Assembly (NCBI GenBank): GCA_024398695.1
Contig: JAKSIR010000001.1
Coordinates: 15,767-79,766, forward strand
Origin: Bacteroidaceae bacterium
GTDB taxonomy: Bacteria > Bacteroidota > Bacteroidia > Bacteroidales > Bacteroidaceae
Direction: 5' to 3'
DNA: 64,000 nucleotides
Position 1 is the stretch's first letter. Every line of letters begins with the position of its first letter. Shown here piece by piece: positions 21,297-31,776 of the stretch. Position numbers and translations under genes: made by a program. The notes below the pieces were generated by a model that saw only the letters and a list, made by a program, of their open reading frames with translations, was not told the DNA's origin and ran no database searches.

Positions 21297-23789
21297 TTAC
21301 CTGAGTTTTGCGTCAAGTTTTGTCTGCAGTGCGGCAATCAGTTTGTTCATGACCTTTTCAATCATGACATCGTTCAGTGTCTGCGACTCGTCCTGGAGCA
21401 TGAAGCTTACGGCATAGCTCTTCTTGCCGGCTTCAAGGTTCTTTCCTTCATAGACATCAAACAGTGTGACATCCTTGAGAAGCTTGCCTTCAGTCTGATA
21501 TGCAAGACGCTCAATATCCTGGAACTTGACAGTCTTGTCAATGAGCAGAGCCAGGTCACGGCGTACTGCGGGATACTTGGGCAGTTCAGTGTAACTTGTC
21601 TTGACCTTGCGGGTTGCCTTCAGCAGTTCATCCCAGTTTATGTCAGCGTAATATACCGGCTGGTCCACATCGGTCATCTTCAGGACAGGACGGCTTACCA
21701 GACCAAGCTCGCAGAGCGTTTTGCCGCTGCGCAGTCTGTAGCGCAGGCCGCTTGAGAATATCGCATTCTCAAATTCTTCAAGCTGTATGTTGCCATTTGG
21801 CAGTCCAAGACGCTGGAAAATATTCTGCACGTATGCCTTCAACTCGAATACGGAGCTCTCCTCGTCCTTGTGTACCCAGGAGGCCGATATGCGGTTGCCT
21901 GAAATCCACAGGCCCAGATGATAGTCTTCGCTGTATGCCTTGATGGGGTTCTGTGTCGTACCATCTTCCCTGGGCTGCTTCAGAGCTTCACGCTTTTCAG
22001 CGTCAAAATAGTAGCACTTGCCGAATTCAAAGAATCTCAAATCGGAACTCTGACGGCGTATGTTGTGCGACAGACTTTCCAGACCGCCAAACAGCATCTG
22101 CTCACGCAGCACGTTAAGGTCGGCACTGAGCGGGTTCATAAGACGGACAAGCCTTTCCGGAGGACAGCACTCGAGACCGTCATAGTAGGCCGCACGCGTC
22201 AGGGAATTGTTCAGTATTTCATTGAAGCCGCAGCCTACAAGCTGTTCCGAAACAAGGTCCTGAAGCTTGTGAGAGCGGTCAACATCGCCCTGAACGGTAA
22301 GGCTTGACTTTACGGACTGACCGAAATCAATGTTGTTGTATCCGTATATTCTGAGTATTTCCTCTACAATGTCGCATGGGCGCTGTACGTCAACGCGGAA
22401 CGGAGGAACGGAAAGTTTCATGCCTTCCTCATTGAAACTGTCGACCTTTATGCCAAGATTTTCGACAATGCTCTTCATTGTCTGACGATCCAGCGACTTG
22501 CCTATGAGACGGTCTGCATATCCAAAGTCAAAATCGACCTTGAAGTCCTGTATCGGCTGCGGATACACATCGGCAATGTCCATTGAAATCGTACCGCCTG
22601 CAAGTTCCTTTATGAGAAGTGCGGCCTGCTGCAGTGCATATATGACACCGTTGGGGTCGATGCCGCGCTCAAAGCGGAAAGACGCATCGGTGCTCAGACC
22701 GTGGCGGCGTGCGCTCTTGCGTATCCATGTGGGATGGAAGTATGCGCTCTCAAGGAACACGTTGACTGTCGAGTCCGATATGCCCGATTCAAGTCCGCCG
22801 AACACACCGGCCAGGCACATAGGTTCCTGAGCGTTGCATATCATGAGGTCGTGCGCGGAGAGCTTGCGCTCAACGCCGTCAAGTGTCGTGAACGGAGTAC
22901 CTTCCGGCATTGTCTTCACCACAACCTTGCCGCCCTTGATCTTGTCTGCGTCAAAACTGTGAAGAGGCTGTCCGTACGCGAACAGTATGTAGTTGGTCAC
23001 ATCGACTATGTTGTTGATGGGATGCAGGCCGATGGTGCTGAGCCTGTTCTTGAGCCAGTCAGGGCTTTCCTTTACGGTGACGCCCTTGATGCTCACACCC
23101 GAATAGCGAGGGCATGCCTCGCCGTTCTGAACGTCGATGCCAATCTTGAGACTGTTGTCATCGGCCTTGAAACCCTTCACTTCCGGACGGTGCAGCGAGC
23201 TCTTCCGGCCGTTCTGCAGAAGCCAGGCATAGAAGTCACGCGCTACGCCCCAGTGCGAGCAGGCGTCGGAATGGTTAGGTGTTATGTCGACTTCAATGAC
23301 GTAGTCGGATTCCAGATGGAAATATTCTGCTGCAGGGGTACCCGGTACGGCATCGGCCGGAAGCACCATGATGCCCGAATTGTCCGCGCCAAGGCCGAGT
23401 TCCTTCTGTGAGCACAGCATGCCTGACGATTCGACACCGCGCAGCTTGGACGGCTTTATGGTGAAGCATTCGTCGCCCTCATAGATCTTTGCGCCGAGCG
23501 TGGCCACTACAACCTTCTGACCGACAGCTACATTCGGTGCGCCGCAGACAATCTGTACCGGCTCACCGTTGCCTTCATTGATTGTGGTCACGTGCAGATG
23601 GTCCGAGTTGGGATGTTCGACGCAAGTCAGGACCTCACCTATCACAATATTCTTGAGGCCGCCCTTTACGGACTGCACTTCCTCGACGCCGTCAACTTCA
23701 AGACCGACCGATGTAAGGGCATCGGCCACTTCAACCGGAGTCATGTCAAAATCGACATACTCCTTAAGCCATTTATATGATACGTTCAT
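21297..23789 (-). CDS. pheT: phenylalanine--tRNA ligase beta subunit
   Basis: The 830 aa product begins MNVSYKWLKEYVDF and has tRNA-binding, B3/4, B5 and FDX-ACB domains in the expected order. Confidence 0.95.
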   Translation of the reverse strand: MNVSYKWLKEYVDFDMTPVEVADALTSVGLEVDGVEEVQSVKGGLKNIVIGEVLTCVEHPNSDHLHVTTINEGNGEPVQIVCGAPNVAVGQKVVVATLGAKIYEGDECFTIKPSKLRGVESSGMLCSQKELGLGADNSGIMVLPADAVPGTPAAEYFHLESDYVIEVDITPNHSDACSHWGVARDFYAWLLQNGRKSSLHRPEVKGFKADDNSLKIGIDVQNGEACPRYSGVSIKGVTVKESPDWLKNRLSTIGLHPINNIVDVTNYILFAYGQPLHSFDADKIKGGKVVVKTMPEGTPFTTLDGVERKLSAHDLMICNAQEPMCLAGVFGGLESGISDSTVNVFLESAYFHPTWIRKSARRHGLSTDASFRFERGIDPNGVIYALQQAALLIKELAGGTISMDIADVYPQPIQDFKVDFDFGYADRLIGKSLDRQTMKSIVENLGIKVDSFNEEGMKLSVPPFRVDVQRPCDIVEEILRIYGYNNIDFGQSVKSSLTVQGDVDRSHKLQDLVSEQLVGCGFNEILNNSLTRAAYYDGLECCPPERLVRLMNPLSADLNVLREQMLFGGLESLSHNIRRQSSDLRFFEFGKCYYFDAEKREALKQPREDGTTQNPIKAYSEDYHLGLWISGNRISASWVHKDEESSVFELKAYVQNIFQRLGLPNGNIQLEEFENAIFSSGLRYRLRSGKTLCELGLVSRPVLKMTDVDQPVYYADINWDELLKATRKVKTSYTELPKYPAVRRDLALLIDKTVKFQDIERLAYQTEGKLLKDVTLFDVYEGKNLEAGKKSYAVSFMLQDESQTLNDVMIEKVMNKLIAALQTKLDAKLR

Positions 23790-23822
23790 AGCGAATAATT
23801 GTCATGCATGTACAATAGCGTG

Positions 23823-23830
23823 CAAAGGTA
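23823..23830 (-). promoter_or_regulatory. Bacteroides-type -7 box (TACCTTTG) upstream of pheT
   Basis: The minus strand reads TACCTTTG, an exact TAnnTTTG match about 34 nt upstream of the pheT ATG. Confidence 0.35.
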
Positions 23831-23879
23831 CAAAATAATTGCACCTTTAACAAACGGTTCACCTATAAAAAGCGGATGT

Positions 23880-25397
23880 TCAGAAAGGATATTCCCCCAT
23901 ATTGTCGGGAGCGGGACCGCCGGCTGACAGAGGATCCTCAGGGATGGGTCCTTCGTCATTCATCTTCGACTTGCGCACATTGCCCTTGCCGGATTCCCCG
24001 CCGCCCATATTGTCGAACAGGGCCAGGTCGCTGCGGAATGAAAGGCGCACGTCGCCCACACCGCCGTTACGGTGCTTGGCTATTATGATTTCAGCCACGC
24101 CATGAAGATCGTTATGGTTGTTGTCCTCGTAAATCTTGTAGTATTCGGGACGGTGAATGAAGCATACAATGTCGGCATCCTGCTCAATCGCACCCGATTC
24201 ACGAAGATCACTCAGCATAGGTCTCTTGCCCTCATATCCGTCACGTCCCTCAACGCCACGGTTCAACTGCGAAAGTGCAATGATGGGAATATCAAGCTCC
24301 TTTGCAATTCCCTTCAGATTACGGGAAATAGTGCTTATTTCCTCCTGACGGTTGCCGAAGCGTATTCCGCTGGCATTCATGAGCTGCAGATAGTCAATTA
24401 TGATAAGCTGGACGTCATGCTCCTGCTTCAGACGCATCGCCTTGGTACGGAACTCGGTGATCGAGAGCGAAGGAGTGTCATCCAGATAAATCGGAGCATT
24501 CTGCAGGGCATTGATCTTGCTGTCAAGCACATTCCATTCGTAAGGCGCAAGACGGCCGTCACGCAGTTTGTTGCCGGGAATCTCGCACACGCTTGAAATG
24601 AGACGGTTCACCAACTGCACATTGCTCATTTCAAGAGAGAAAAGCGCAACCGGCTGTTCATTGTTGACAGCTATGTTCTTTGCCATGGAAAGGGCGAATG
24701 CCGTCTTTCCCATAGCAGGACGCGCAGCAAGAATGATAAGGTCGGATTTCTGCCAGCCCGATGTGATATTGTCCAGTTCACGGAATCCGCTGGCAAGACC
24801 GCTCATTCCCTGGGAACGTTTCGATGCGGTACGAATGCGTTCAACCGATTCCTTCAGGACCACGCCAATGGATTCGAAGTCCTTCTTGACATTCTTGTGG
24901 GCTATCTGGAACAGCTTTGCCTCGGCATCGTTCAAAAGTTCGGAAATATCGGTCGTGTCGTCAAAAGCTTCACTTTGAACCTCGCTGGTGAAACTTATCA
25001 GTTCACGGGCCATGGCCTTCTGCGAAATGATTCTGGCGTGATAGTCAATGTGGGCCGATGTAGTCACCTTGCCGGCAAGCTGGGTGACATAGAGAGCACC
25101 GCCGGCCTCGTCCAGAGTGCCGCTTGACTTGAGCTGTTCGGTAACGGTCAGAATGTCGACAGGACGCTGGTTCAGTGACAGATTGGCCACTGCCTCATAT
25201 ATCACCTTGTGCCTGTGGTCATAGAAGGATTCCGGAGTCAGAATGTCGCTTACCTTCGGGAAAGCGTCCTGCTCGATCATGAGAGCGCCGATGACTGCCT
25301 CCTCAAGTTCCAGCGCCTGCGGCTGCAAATGGTTAAGGACTACATTCTGCTCAGTCAGGTTCCTTCTTTGACCTCTTTTGACGGGTGAATCTGCCAT
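23880..25397 (-). CDS. dnaB: replicative DNA helicase
   Basis: The 505 aa product has an N-terminal DnaB domain (LELEEAVIGALM), Walker A ARPAMGKT, and the ALSQLNR and DADIV motifs. No intein is present. Confidence 0.95.
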   Translation of the reverse strand: MADSPVKRGQRRNLTEQNVVLNHLQPQALELEEAVIGALMIEQDAFPKVSDILTPESFYDHRHKVIYEAVANLSLNQRPVDILTVTEQLKSSGTLDEAGGALYVTQLAGKVTTSAHIDYHARIISQKAMARELISFTSEVQSEAFDDTTDISELLNDAEAKLFQIAHKNVKKDFESIGVVLKESVERIRTASKRSQGMSGLASGFRELDNITSGWQKSDLIILAARPAMGKTAFALSMAKNIAVNNEQPVALFSLEMSNVQLVNRLISSVCEIPGNKLRDGRLAPYEWNVLDSKINALQNAPIYLDDTPSLSITEFRTKAMRLKQEHDVQLIIIDYLQLMNASGIRFGNRQEEISTISRNLKGIAKELDIPIIALSQLNRGVEGRDGYEGKRPMLSDLRESGAIEQDADIVCFIHRPEYYKIYEDNNHNDLHGVAEIIIAKHRNGGVGDVRLSFRSDLALFDNMGGGESGKGNVRKSKMNDEGPIPEDPLSAGGPAPDNMGEYPF

Positions 25398-25448
25398 ATC
25401 TCATCTTGTTTGTTCTGAACGCAAAGATACGGAATACGCCCCATTCGG

Positions 25449-26369
25449 TCAAAACAGTTCACGCTGACATATGAACATATTTTTGAACAGGTCCTGAATA
25501 TTGTCAAGAGGCTTGCGGAAAAAGCCGTAGACCGTCGAGCCCGATCCTGTCATGGCGGCATATTCGGCTCCAAGTCCATACAGTTTTTCCTTTATCTCCG
25601 CAAGGACAGGGAACTTTGCGAACACCGACGGTTCGAAATCATTCTTCACGCAATCCTTCCACTCCGAGACCGGTCTCATGACCGATTCCAGCAGGCTCAC
25701 TTCGGGCTGCTCCGGAGTAACATCGGCATATGCCTGAGCAGTGCTTACATGCACATCGGGCTTGACCAGAAGGATTGTGTATCCGGCCAGTGAAAGGCTT
25801 ATCGGCTTGAGAATTTCTCCACGGCCCGTAGCCAGCGAAGGCTGCCCGGTAATGAAGAACGGGCAATCGGATCCCAGTCTTGCAGCATAGCGTTCAAGCG
25901 CACTTTCACGCAGTCTCAGATTGAATCTGCGGTTAAGCAGTTCAAGCATCGACGCGCAGTCGGAAGAGCCTCCGCCCAAGCCTGCTCCCGTTGGAATATG
26001 CTTGTAGAGTTTAATGTCTATTGAAGGCAGGTCAAAATCTTCAAGAAGCATCATGTATGCCTTGACAACGAGATTGTCCTGGGCCGGAAAACCGCTGTCC
26101 AGTCCTGACATTTCCAGCTGGCAGCACGGCAGGCTGTCCCTTTTCCGTCTCGATTTGAAGAACGGCAGAGCGTCATCGGGCTGTACAAGTTTACCCGCCT
26201 CCAGCCTGGAAATGAGCTGCGACGGATCAAGCGGGCGCATAAGCGAAATTTCCAGTGCATCCTGCAGGTTCACCGGATAGAATACGGTCTCGATGTCATG
26301 GTACCCGTCTTCGCGCTTGCGCACAACATTGAGTCCGATGTTTATCTTTGCGTTAGGAAAAGCTATCAT
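25449..26369 (-). CDS. ispE: 4-diphosphocytidyl-2-C-methyl-D-erythritol kinase
   Basis: The 306 aa product has a GHMP kinase motif (PTGAGLGGGSSD) and the N-terminus MIAFPNAKINIGLNV. It carries an extra insert of about 30 aa after residue 40 compared with the typical length. Confidence 0.88.
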   Translation of the reverse strand: MIAFPNAKINIGLNVVRKREDGYHDIETVFYPVNLQDALEISLMRPLDPSQLISRLEAGKLVQPDDALPFFKSRRKRDSLPCCQLEMSGLDSGFPAQDNLVVKAYMMLLEDFDLPSIDIKLYKHIPTGAGLGGGSSDCASMLELLNRRFNLRLRESALERYAARLGSDCPFFITGQPSLATGRGEILKPISLSLAGYTILLVKPDVHVSTAQAYADVTPEQPEVSLLESVMRPVSEWKDCVKNDFEPSVFAKFPVLAEIKEKLYGLGAEYAAMTGSGSTVYGFFRKPLDNIQDLFKNMFICQRELF

Positions 26370-26371
26370 AA

Positions 26372-28879
26372 TCAGTAGTTGTCCTTTTGAACTGACTTTG
26401 CTGCAATGCGGCCCGATGCCATTACTTCGGTCAAAGCATTGCCGCCAAGACGATTGCCGCCAAAGAATCCGCCCGTAACCTCGCCGGCGGCATACAGACC
26501 TGGAATTATATTGCCGTTCTCATCAAGTACATGACGGTCAAGGTCGACTTTCAGGCCGCCCATGGTATGATGGGTTGCAGGAGCCAGCAGACGCACCCTT
26601 ATGTCAGCACCGTCAAAATCATAACTGCCTTTGTCATAGCTGCCGTCTGCGTTACGGGCAGCATTACCTATAAGGCCGGGGAAACGCTTGCCTGCATCTT
26701 CAGGCTCTCGTCCGTCCATGACTGCCATATCGTAATCGATTATGGTCTGCATGATCTTTCCGGCATCGGCATCCAATCCGATTTCCTCAAGCAGTCCGCC
26801 CAGCTGTGAGCCCTTGCGTCCCCACTCCTTTCCCGGGGTATCGCCGGAAAAATCGCCCATAGCGGCATAGTCCGCACCCAAGCCGTGGTATATGGACAGA
26901 TATGCGCCGCGGACATTACCCATATCAATACCGTCACGGAAGGCAGCCAGCGAAAGCACATCTCTTTCAGAGCATTCGTCAATGAAACGTTTTCCACTGG
27001 CAGGGCTTATGAATACGGCACTCTCCAGACCTCCGAACGCAATCGAGCCGTCAGCCACATACGATATCGGCATCAGCTGGGTATATCCCATTCCAACCGT
27101 TGCAGCGCCCACGGCCTGTGCCATTTCAATGCCGTCACCGCGCATCGACGAACGGTTTGTAGTGCCTATGGCCGGTGACAGGTACTGGCGTGACCAGTAC
27201 TTGTTGGTCTTGAGCACTTTCTGGATATTTGCGGCATAACCGCCGGTTGCTATGATGACACCTTTCCTTGCACGGGCTGTAACCTTGGTCCCATCGGTTC
27301 TTGTAGCTTTCACGCCGCATACACGGCCATTTTCAAATATCAGTTCCTCAGCAGTTGTTTTGAGCATTACAGTATTCTGAAGGTCGCCATTCATGATGAC
27401 CGAGTAGGGAGCCATTATATACGAACCGTAATTGCCCGGTACAAAACCGGTTTTTGAGCCGTTCAGCTGGCCTTCCCAACCGGTCATGGTGTTGCCGCGA
27501 TACCACATGCCACCTGGCAAGGAGGTTTGTCTTTCGTTGAAGACCACCCCCATATTCATGAGCCAGGGCTTGAGTTTTTCGCCCTCCTGAACTATCTGTC
27601 TGATAAGCTCGTAGTCTCCGTAAATCCATTCGCTCTTGTCAGCGCTCTGACGCAGACCGCCGACATAAGTCTGGAAAATATGCAGGTTGGTCGTCGAGAA
27701 CAGTATCAGACGGTCTTCCGGAACGCCGTCTGCCAGTCTTGGTCCGGCATATTCAAGATATGCGGAAATCTCCTTTTTCAGTTCCCTCAGGGTCGGCAGG
27801 AATTCCTGGTGCACACCATGCCTGGACAGTTCCACAATATCACCGGCAACGAACTCATTGGTCCTGTAATACTCCTCGTCGAAAGGTTCTTCGCTCCAGC
27901 TGAGAATAGTCTTCAGCTCATTCACACAACCTATGGCTGCGTGTTCCCTGTCATGGACTTTGCCGTCAAAGCCGACAGCCTTGGTCGATGTCGGTTTTTC
28001 CATATTCCATACAAGCCGATGGTCGGTTGCCTGGTATATGCCGCCCGATACGAGAGTATTGCCGCCCATTTCCGCGTTCTTTTCAATGACCAGTACGGTA
28101 TTGCCATCCTGAGCAGCCTGTGCACCTGCACAGAGACCTGCACCTCCGGCCCCTATGACAACCACATCCCATTCATTCTCCCATGGTTCAGGAACAGGAT
28201 AATCCACCCTGTTGGTCATGAATGCCGAAAGGTTTGAAACGCCCGCCTGTCTTGCAGCGTCATTGACAGCCGCCTTGATGGCATAACTTGAAAAAGTTGC
28301 ACCGGAAACACCGTCAACGCCGGTTCCGTTGGCCTTTACAATTTCATGCGGCAAAGACATTGGAACAAGCGCAATGTCACCGATATGCGCTGTCTCATGA
28401 TGTTCCGTTACCGTTACGCCGGTAACCGAGCTGTCCGAGAAAGTCACACTTGCCTGAACCATGCCGCCGTATCCCCTTCCGGTTCCGATATAGGTACCCG
28501 GCATAAAGGCAATTGCGCCGGACTGTGCCACGGGCTGTTTGCCAAGAGCCTGGTCAAGGGCATTATTCACGGCTTCCCTGACGGCATTTGAAGAATATGT
28601 AGCACCCGACACGCCATCGACATCGGTGCTCTGAGCCTCAATGATACGGTCAGCGACAGTCTTGTAAGCCGATTTGTACTGGTCATACGTTCTGCCTCCG
28701 TCCGTCACACTGATTGACGCTATTTTGTGTCCGCGAATCTGAACGGCAGCCACTATCGGTTCCTCAAAATTCAGCCCCATAGCCGAATACTTGCCATTCT
28801 GCCAAACTTTTCCATCGGGCGCCTGCGAACAGGCCGCCAATGCCAATGCCAATACAGGCAAAATCAAGCGATTCCTCAT
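26372..28879 (-). CDS. lipoprotein with two FMN-bind domains fused to a fumarate/urocanate-reductase-like FAD flavoprotein
   Basis: The lipobox is LALALAACS. Two FMN_bind flavinylation motifs are present (DGVSGATYSS and DGVSGATFSS), followed by the FAD fold DVVVIGAGGAGLCAG and a C-terminal HHTMGGL...GNRLGGNAL succinate-dehydrogenase/fumarate-reductase flavoprotein signature. Confidence 0.8.
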   Translation of the reverse strand: MRNRLILPVLALALAACSQAPDGKVWQNGKYSAMGLNFEEPIVAAVQIRGHKIASISVTDGGRTYDQYKSAYKTVADRIIEAQSTDVDGVSGATYSSNAVREAVNNALDQALGKQPVAQSGAIAFMPGTYIGTGRGYGGMVQASVTFSDSSVTGVTVTEHHETAHIGDIALVPMSLPHEIVKANGTGVDGVSGATFSSYAIKAAVNDAARQAGVSNLSAFMTNRVDYPVPEPWENEWDVVVIGAGGAGLCAGAQAAQDGNTVLVIEKNAEMGGNTLVSGGIYQATDHRLVWNMEKPTSTKAVGFDGKVHDREHAAIGCVNELKTILSWSEEPFDEEYYRTNEFVAGDIVELSRHGVHQEFLPTLRELKKEISAYLEYAGPRLADGVPEDRLILFSTTNLHIFQTYVGGLRQSADKSEWIYGDYELIRQIVQEGEKLKPWLMNMGVVFNERQTSLPGGMWYRGNTMTGWEGQLNGSKTGFVPGNYGSYIMAPYSVIMNGDLQNTVMLKTTAEELIFENGRVCGVKATRTDGTKVTARARKGVIIATGGYAANIQKVLKTNKYWSRQYLSPAIGTTNRSSMRGDGIEMAQAVGAATVGMGYTQLMPISYVADGSIAFGGLESAVFISPASGKRFIDECSERDVLSLAAFRDGIDMGNVRGAYLSIYHGLGADYAAMGDFSGDTPGKEWGRKGSQLGGLLEEIGLDADAGKIMQTIIDYDMAVMDGREPEDAGKRFPGLIGNAARNADGSYDKGSYDFDGADIRVRLLAPATHHTMGGLKVDLDRHVLDENGNIIPGLYAAGEVTGGFFGGNRLGGNALTEVMASGRIAAKSVQKDNY

Positions 28880-28905
28880 AAGTCAGTATTTTGGTTATTA
28901 TGCAA

Positions 28906-29526
28906 TCAATGTCCAAGAGCCTGTGCTATGCCATGGTCAACGCCGCTGAATCCCATGAATGCCATAGCGAGCAGACCTGCTGTGACAAGTGCTATTGACA
29001 TTCCCTGCATGGGCTTCGGTATTCTGACAGTGTCAAGCTGCTCGCGTATGCCTGCAAAGACAATCAGAGCCACGGCGAAACCTATTGCAGTGGCAAGCGC
29101 GTAGAATACGCCGGACAGCAGCGAAGGCTCAAGTCCCTGGGCATTGTATGTACCGTTTGCAACCAGAATCGAAACGCCGAGAATGCAGCAGTTGGTCGTG
29201 ATGAGCGGAAGGAATATGCCGAGTGCCTGATACAGCGAAGGCGACACCTTCTTGAGGATGGTCTCAAGCATCTGGACAAGTCCGGCAATCACCAGAATGA
29301 ACAATATGGTCTGAAGATACTCCAGACCAAGCGGATTGAGCACCCACATCTGCAGGGCATATGTGACAAGCACAGAAATGACAAGCACGAAAGTCACCGC
29401 AATGCCCATGCCGGCGGCAGTCGATATTTTCTTTGACACTCCCAGAAACGGACAGATGCCCAGGAACTGGGAAAGTACAATATTGTTGACGAAAATCGCC
29501 GATATGAATATGAGAAGGTATTCCAT
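28906..29526 (-). CDS. rnfA: Rnf electron transport complex subunit A
   Basis: The 206 aa polytopic protein begins MEYLLIFISAIFVNNIVLSQFLGICPFLG, the canonical RnfA/NqrE-like start. Confidence 0.92.
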   Translation of the reverse strand: MEYLLIFISAIFVNNIVLSQFLGICPFLGVSKKISTAAGMGIAVTFVLVISVLVTYALQMWVLNPLGLEYLQTILFILVIAGLVQMLETILKKVSPSLYQALGIFLPLITTNCCILGVSILVANGTYNAQGLEPSLLSGVFYALATAIGFAVALIVFAGIREQLDTVRIPKPMQGMSIALVTAGLLAMAFMGFSGVDHGIAQALGH

Positions 29527-29532
29527 GGCGGA

Positions 29533-30123
29533 TTATGCTTTTTTGTTTTTGAATGAATTGACAGCCGCAATGAACAGTCCCAGTGTAATGAAGGCGCCCG
29601 GAGCCAGAACGAACAGAAGCATATTGCCCGTGGACGGCAGGACCTCTGCGCCGAAAAACGTTCCTTTTCCAAGAAGTTCACGGATGAGACCCAGCAAAGT
29701 CAGGGCAAGAGTGAATCCCAGCCCCGTTCCCAGTCCGTCACACAGCGATGCCAGCACGTTGTTCTTTGCCGCGAAGGCCTCGGCACGTCCCAGAATGATG
29801 CAGTTCACCACAATAAGGGGAATGAAAATGCCAAGTGTCCTGTACAGTTCAGGCAGATATGCCTGCATCACCATCTGAAGAATAGTCACGAACGATGCTA
29901 TCACCACTATGTAACAAGGTATTCTCACACCGTCAGGAATAAGGTTCTTGAGCAGTGAGATGAATGCATTCGAGCAGATGAGCACGAACATGGTCGACAC
30001 GCCCATACCCAGGCCGTTCAGGGCCGATGATGTCGTGGCCAGTGTAGGACACATGCCCAGGAGCAGCACGAACGTGGGGTTCCCCTTGAATATTCCGTCT
30101 GTTATCGTCTTGAAATAATTCAT
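29533..30123 (-). CDS. rnfE: Rnf electron transport complex subunit E
   Basis: The 196 aa product contains GIFKGNPTFVLLLGMCPTLA, the canonical RnfE/NqrD-like motif. Confidence 0.92.
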   Translation of the reverse strand: MNYFKTITDGIFKGNPTFVLLLGMCPTLATTSSALNGLGMGVSTMFVLICSNAFISLLKNLIPDGVRIPCYIVVIASFVTILQMVMQAYLPELYRTLGIFIPLIVVNCIILGRAEAFAAKNNVLASLCDGLGTGLGFTLALTLLGLIRELLGKGTFFGAEVLPSTGNMLLFVLAPGAFITLGLFIAAVNSFKNKKA

Positions 30124-30142
30124 GTCTTGCAGAAATTAGGGT

Positions 30143-30811
30143 TCAATATGAGGCACCGCTTACGGCATCGGCTGCGGTGTATCCGAACAGTTCCTTGAAA
30201 GCGGCATTGACAGCGCGCAGGAAAGCCCTTGAAGTTATGGTCGATGCCGTGATGGCGTCAATCTGTCCTCCGTCTCCACTTACGCTCATGACATCTTCGG
30301 CCGGATTCATACCTATTATATTATGGTTGCCGGTACTGACCGGAACTCCGAATATCAGGTCGGACAGTTTCGAGCCCGAGGCCCTTCCGGTCTTCCCAGA
30401 CTGGCGGAACCATTCGTCGGCCTGCGCACCAAGTCCCGGGGTCTCGTTGTGTTCAAGCACCTTGTATCCCAGAATCTCTCCCTCGGTGTCAAAACCGACC
30501 ATGATTTTCAGGTTGCCTCCAAAGCCGTTCGGGTCTGTCGACTCGACAGCTGTGCCAAGTGTACGGCCGGCCGCATCGGTCACCTTGTGAAAGACGAAAC
30601 CGTTCCTTTCCTGGGCCGGTGCCACGTTGAACTCGATATCGCGGTCGCCTATAATCACACTTTTAATTCCGTCAGAAACCGTCTGCGCGCTCTTTTGGGC
30701 AATCGGTTCCTGTGTAAAACCGTTCACCCATCCCAATAATCCGGCTGCAGCCACCGCAATGGCAGTCAGAACAACAGCCATGTTCAGTCTGTTCGATTCA
30801 AGTTTCTTCAT
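30143..30811 (-). CDS. rnfG: Rnf electron transport complex subunit G
   Basis: The start at ATG 30811 (MKKLESNRLNMAVVLTAIAV) overlaps the rnfD stop in an ATGA. The product has an FMN_bind domain with the DAITASTITSRAF flavinylation-type motif. Confidence 0.88.
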   Translation of the reverse strand: MKKLESNRLNMAVVLTAIAVAAAGLLGWVNGFTQEPIAQKSAQTVSDGIKSVIIGDRDIEFNVAPAQERNGFVFHKVTDAAGRTLGTAVESTDPNGFGGNLKIMVGFDTEGEILGYKVLEHNETPGLGAQADEWFRQSGKTGRASGSKLSDLIFGVPVSTGNHNIIGMNPAEDVMSVSGDGGQIDAITASTITSRAFLRAVNAAFKELFGYTAADAVSGASY

Positions 30812-31776
30812 TTTACAACCTCCCCGAAATGTTTTGGTCTGCACCAGTTGTTGATTAGCGGAACTATGGCATTCATTATGAGGATGGCAAACGACATTCC
30901 TTCGGGGTACGAACCGAAGAGCCTTATCACCACCGTCAGGAAACCTATTCCAATACCATACCACACCATGCCCTTGCGGGTCATGGGCGAAGTCACGTAG
31001 TCGGTTGCCATGAAGATCGAGCCCAGCATGAGACCGCCGGACAGCAGGTGTGTGAGCGGGTCGGCATAAACCTCAGGATTGACAAGCCACATGGCACCGG
31101 TCAGAACTGCGACCGTAAGCATGATTGTGACCGGTATGTGCCAGGTAATCACCCTGAACGCCAGCAGAATGACGAATCCTATGAGCAGCGCCAGGGCACA
31201 AGTTTCTCCGAGTGAACCGCCCGTATTGCCAAGGAACATGTCCATGTACGAAGGCAGGCTGTCATTCTGATAGCCGACAAGTCCCAGCGGAGTGGCTGCC
31301 GTAACGGCATCGGTATATGCAAGCATCTGATGCGGAACCGGCCACGAAGTCATTCTTGACGGGAACGAAATGAGCATGAACACACGTCCGACCAGTGCCG
31401 GATTGAACGGATTGTTGCCAAGACCGCCGAACACCATCTTTCCGACGCCTATTGCGAACAGAGAGCCCATGACAATCTGGAACAGAGGAATGTTCGAAGG
31501 CAGGTTGAATGCAAGCAGGATACCGGTTATTATGGCGCTGCCGTCACCGATGGTGCACCTTTCCCTTTTCAGGAGCCACTTCGAGATGAGCCATTCGAAC
31601 AGCAGGCATGACGCCACCGACGTGGCGGTGACAATCAGCGCTCCAATGCCGAACAGCAGGACCGATGCAGCCAATGCCGGCACGAGGGCCAGAATTACAA
31701 GATGCATATTCCTTTCGACGGAATCTCCGCAGTGGATATGCGGCGATGTGGATATAAACAGATTCTGTGACATCAT
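30808..31776 (-). CDS. rnfD: Rnf electron transport complex subunit D
   Basis: The 322 aa polytopic protein begins SPHIH and has the FMATDYVTSP motif typical of RnfD/NqrB. Confidence 0.92.
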   Translation of the reverse strand: MMSQNLFISTSPHIHCGDSVERNMHLVILALVPALAASVLLFGIGALIVTATSVASCLLFEWLISKWLLKRERCTIGDGSAIITGILLAFNLPSNIPLFQIVMGSLFAIGVGKMVFGGLGNNPFNPALVGRVFMLISFPSRMTSWPVPHQMLAYTDAVTAATPLGLVGYQNDSLPSYMDMFLGNTGGSLGETCALALLIGFVILLAFRVITWHIPVTIMLTVAVLTGAMWLVNPEVYADPLTHLLSGGLMLGSIFMATDYVTSPMTRKGMVWYGIGIGFLTVVIRLFGSYPEGMSFAILIMNAIVPLINNWCRPKHFGEVVK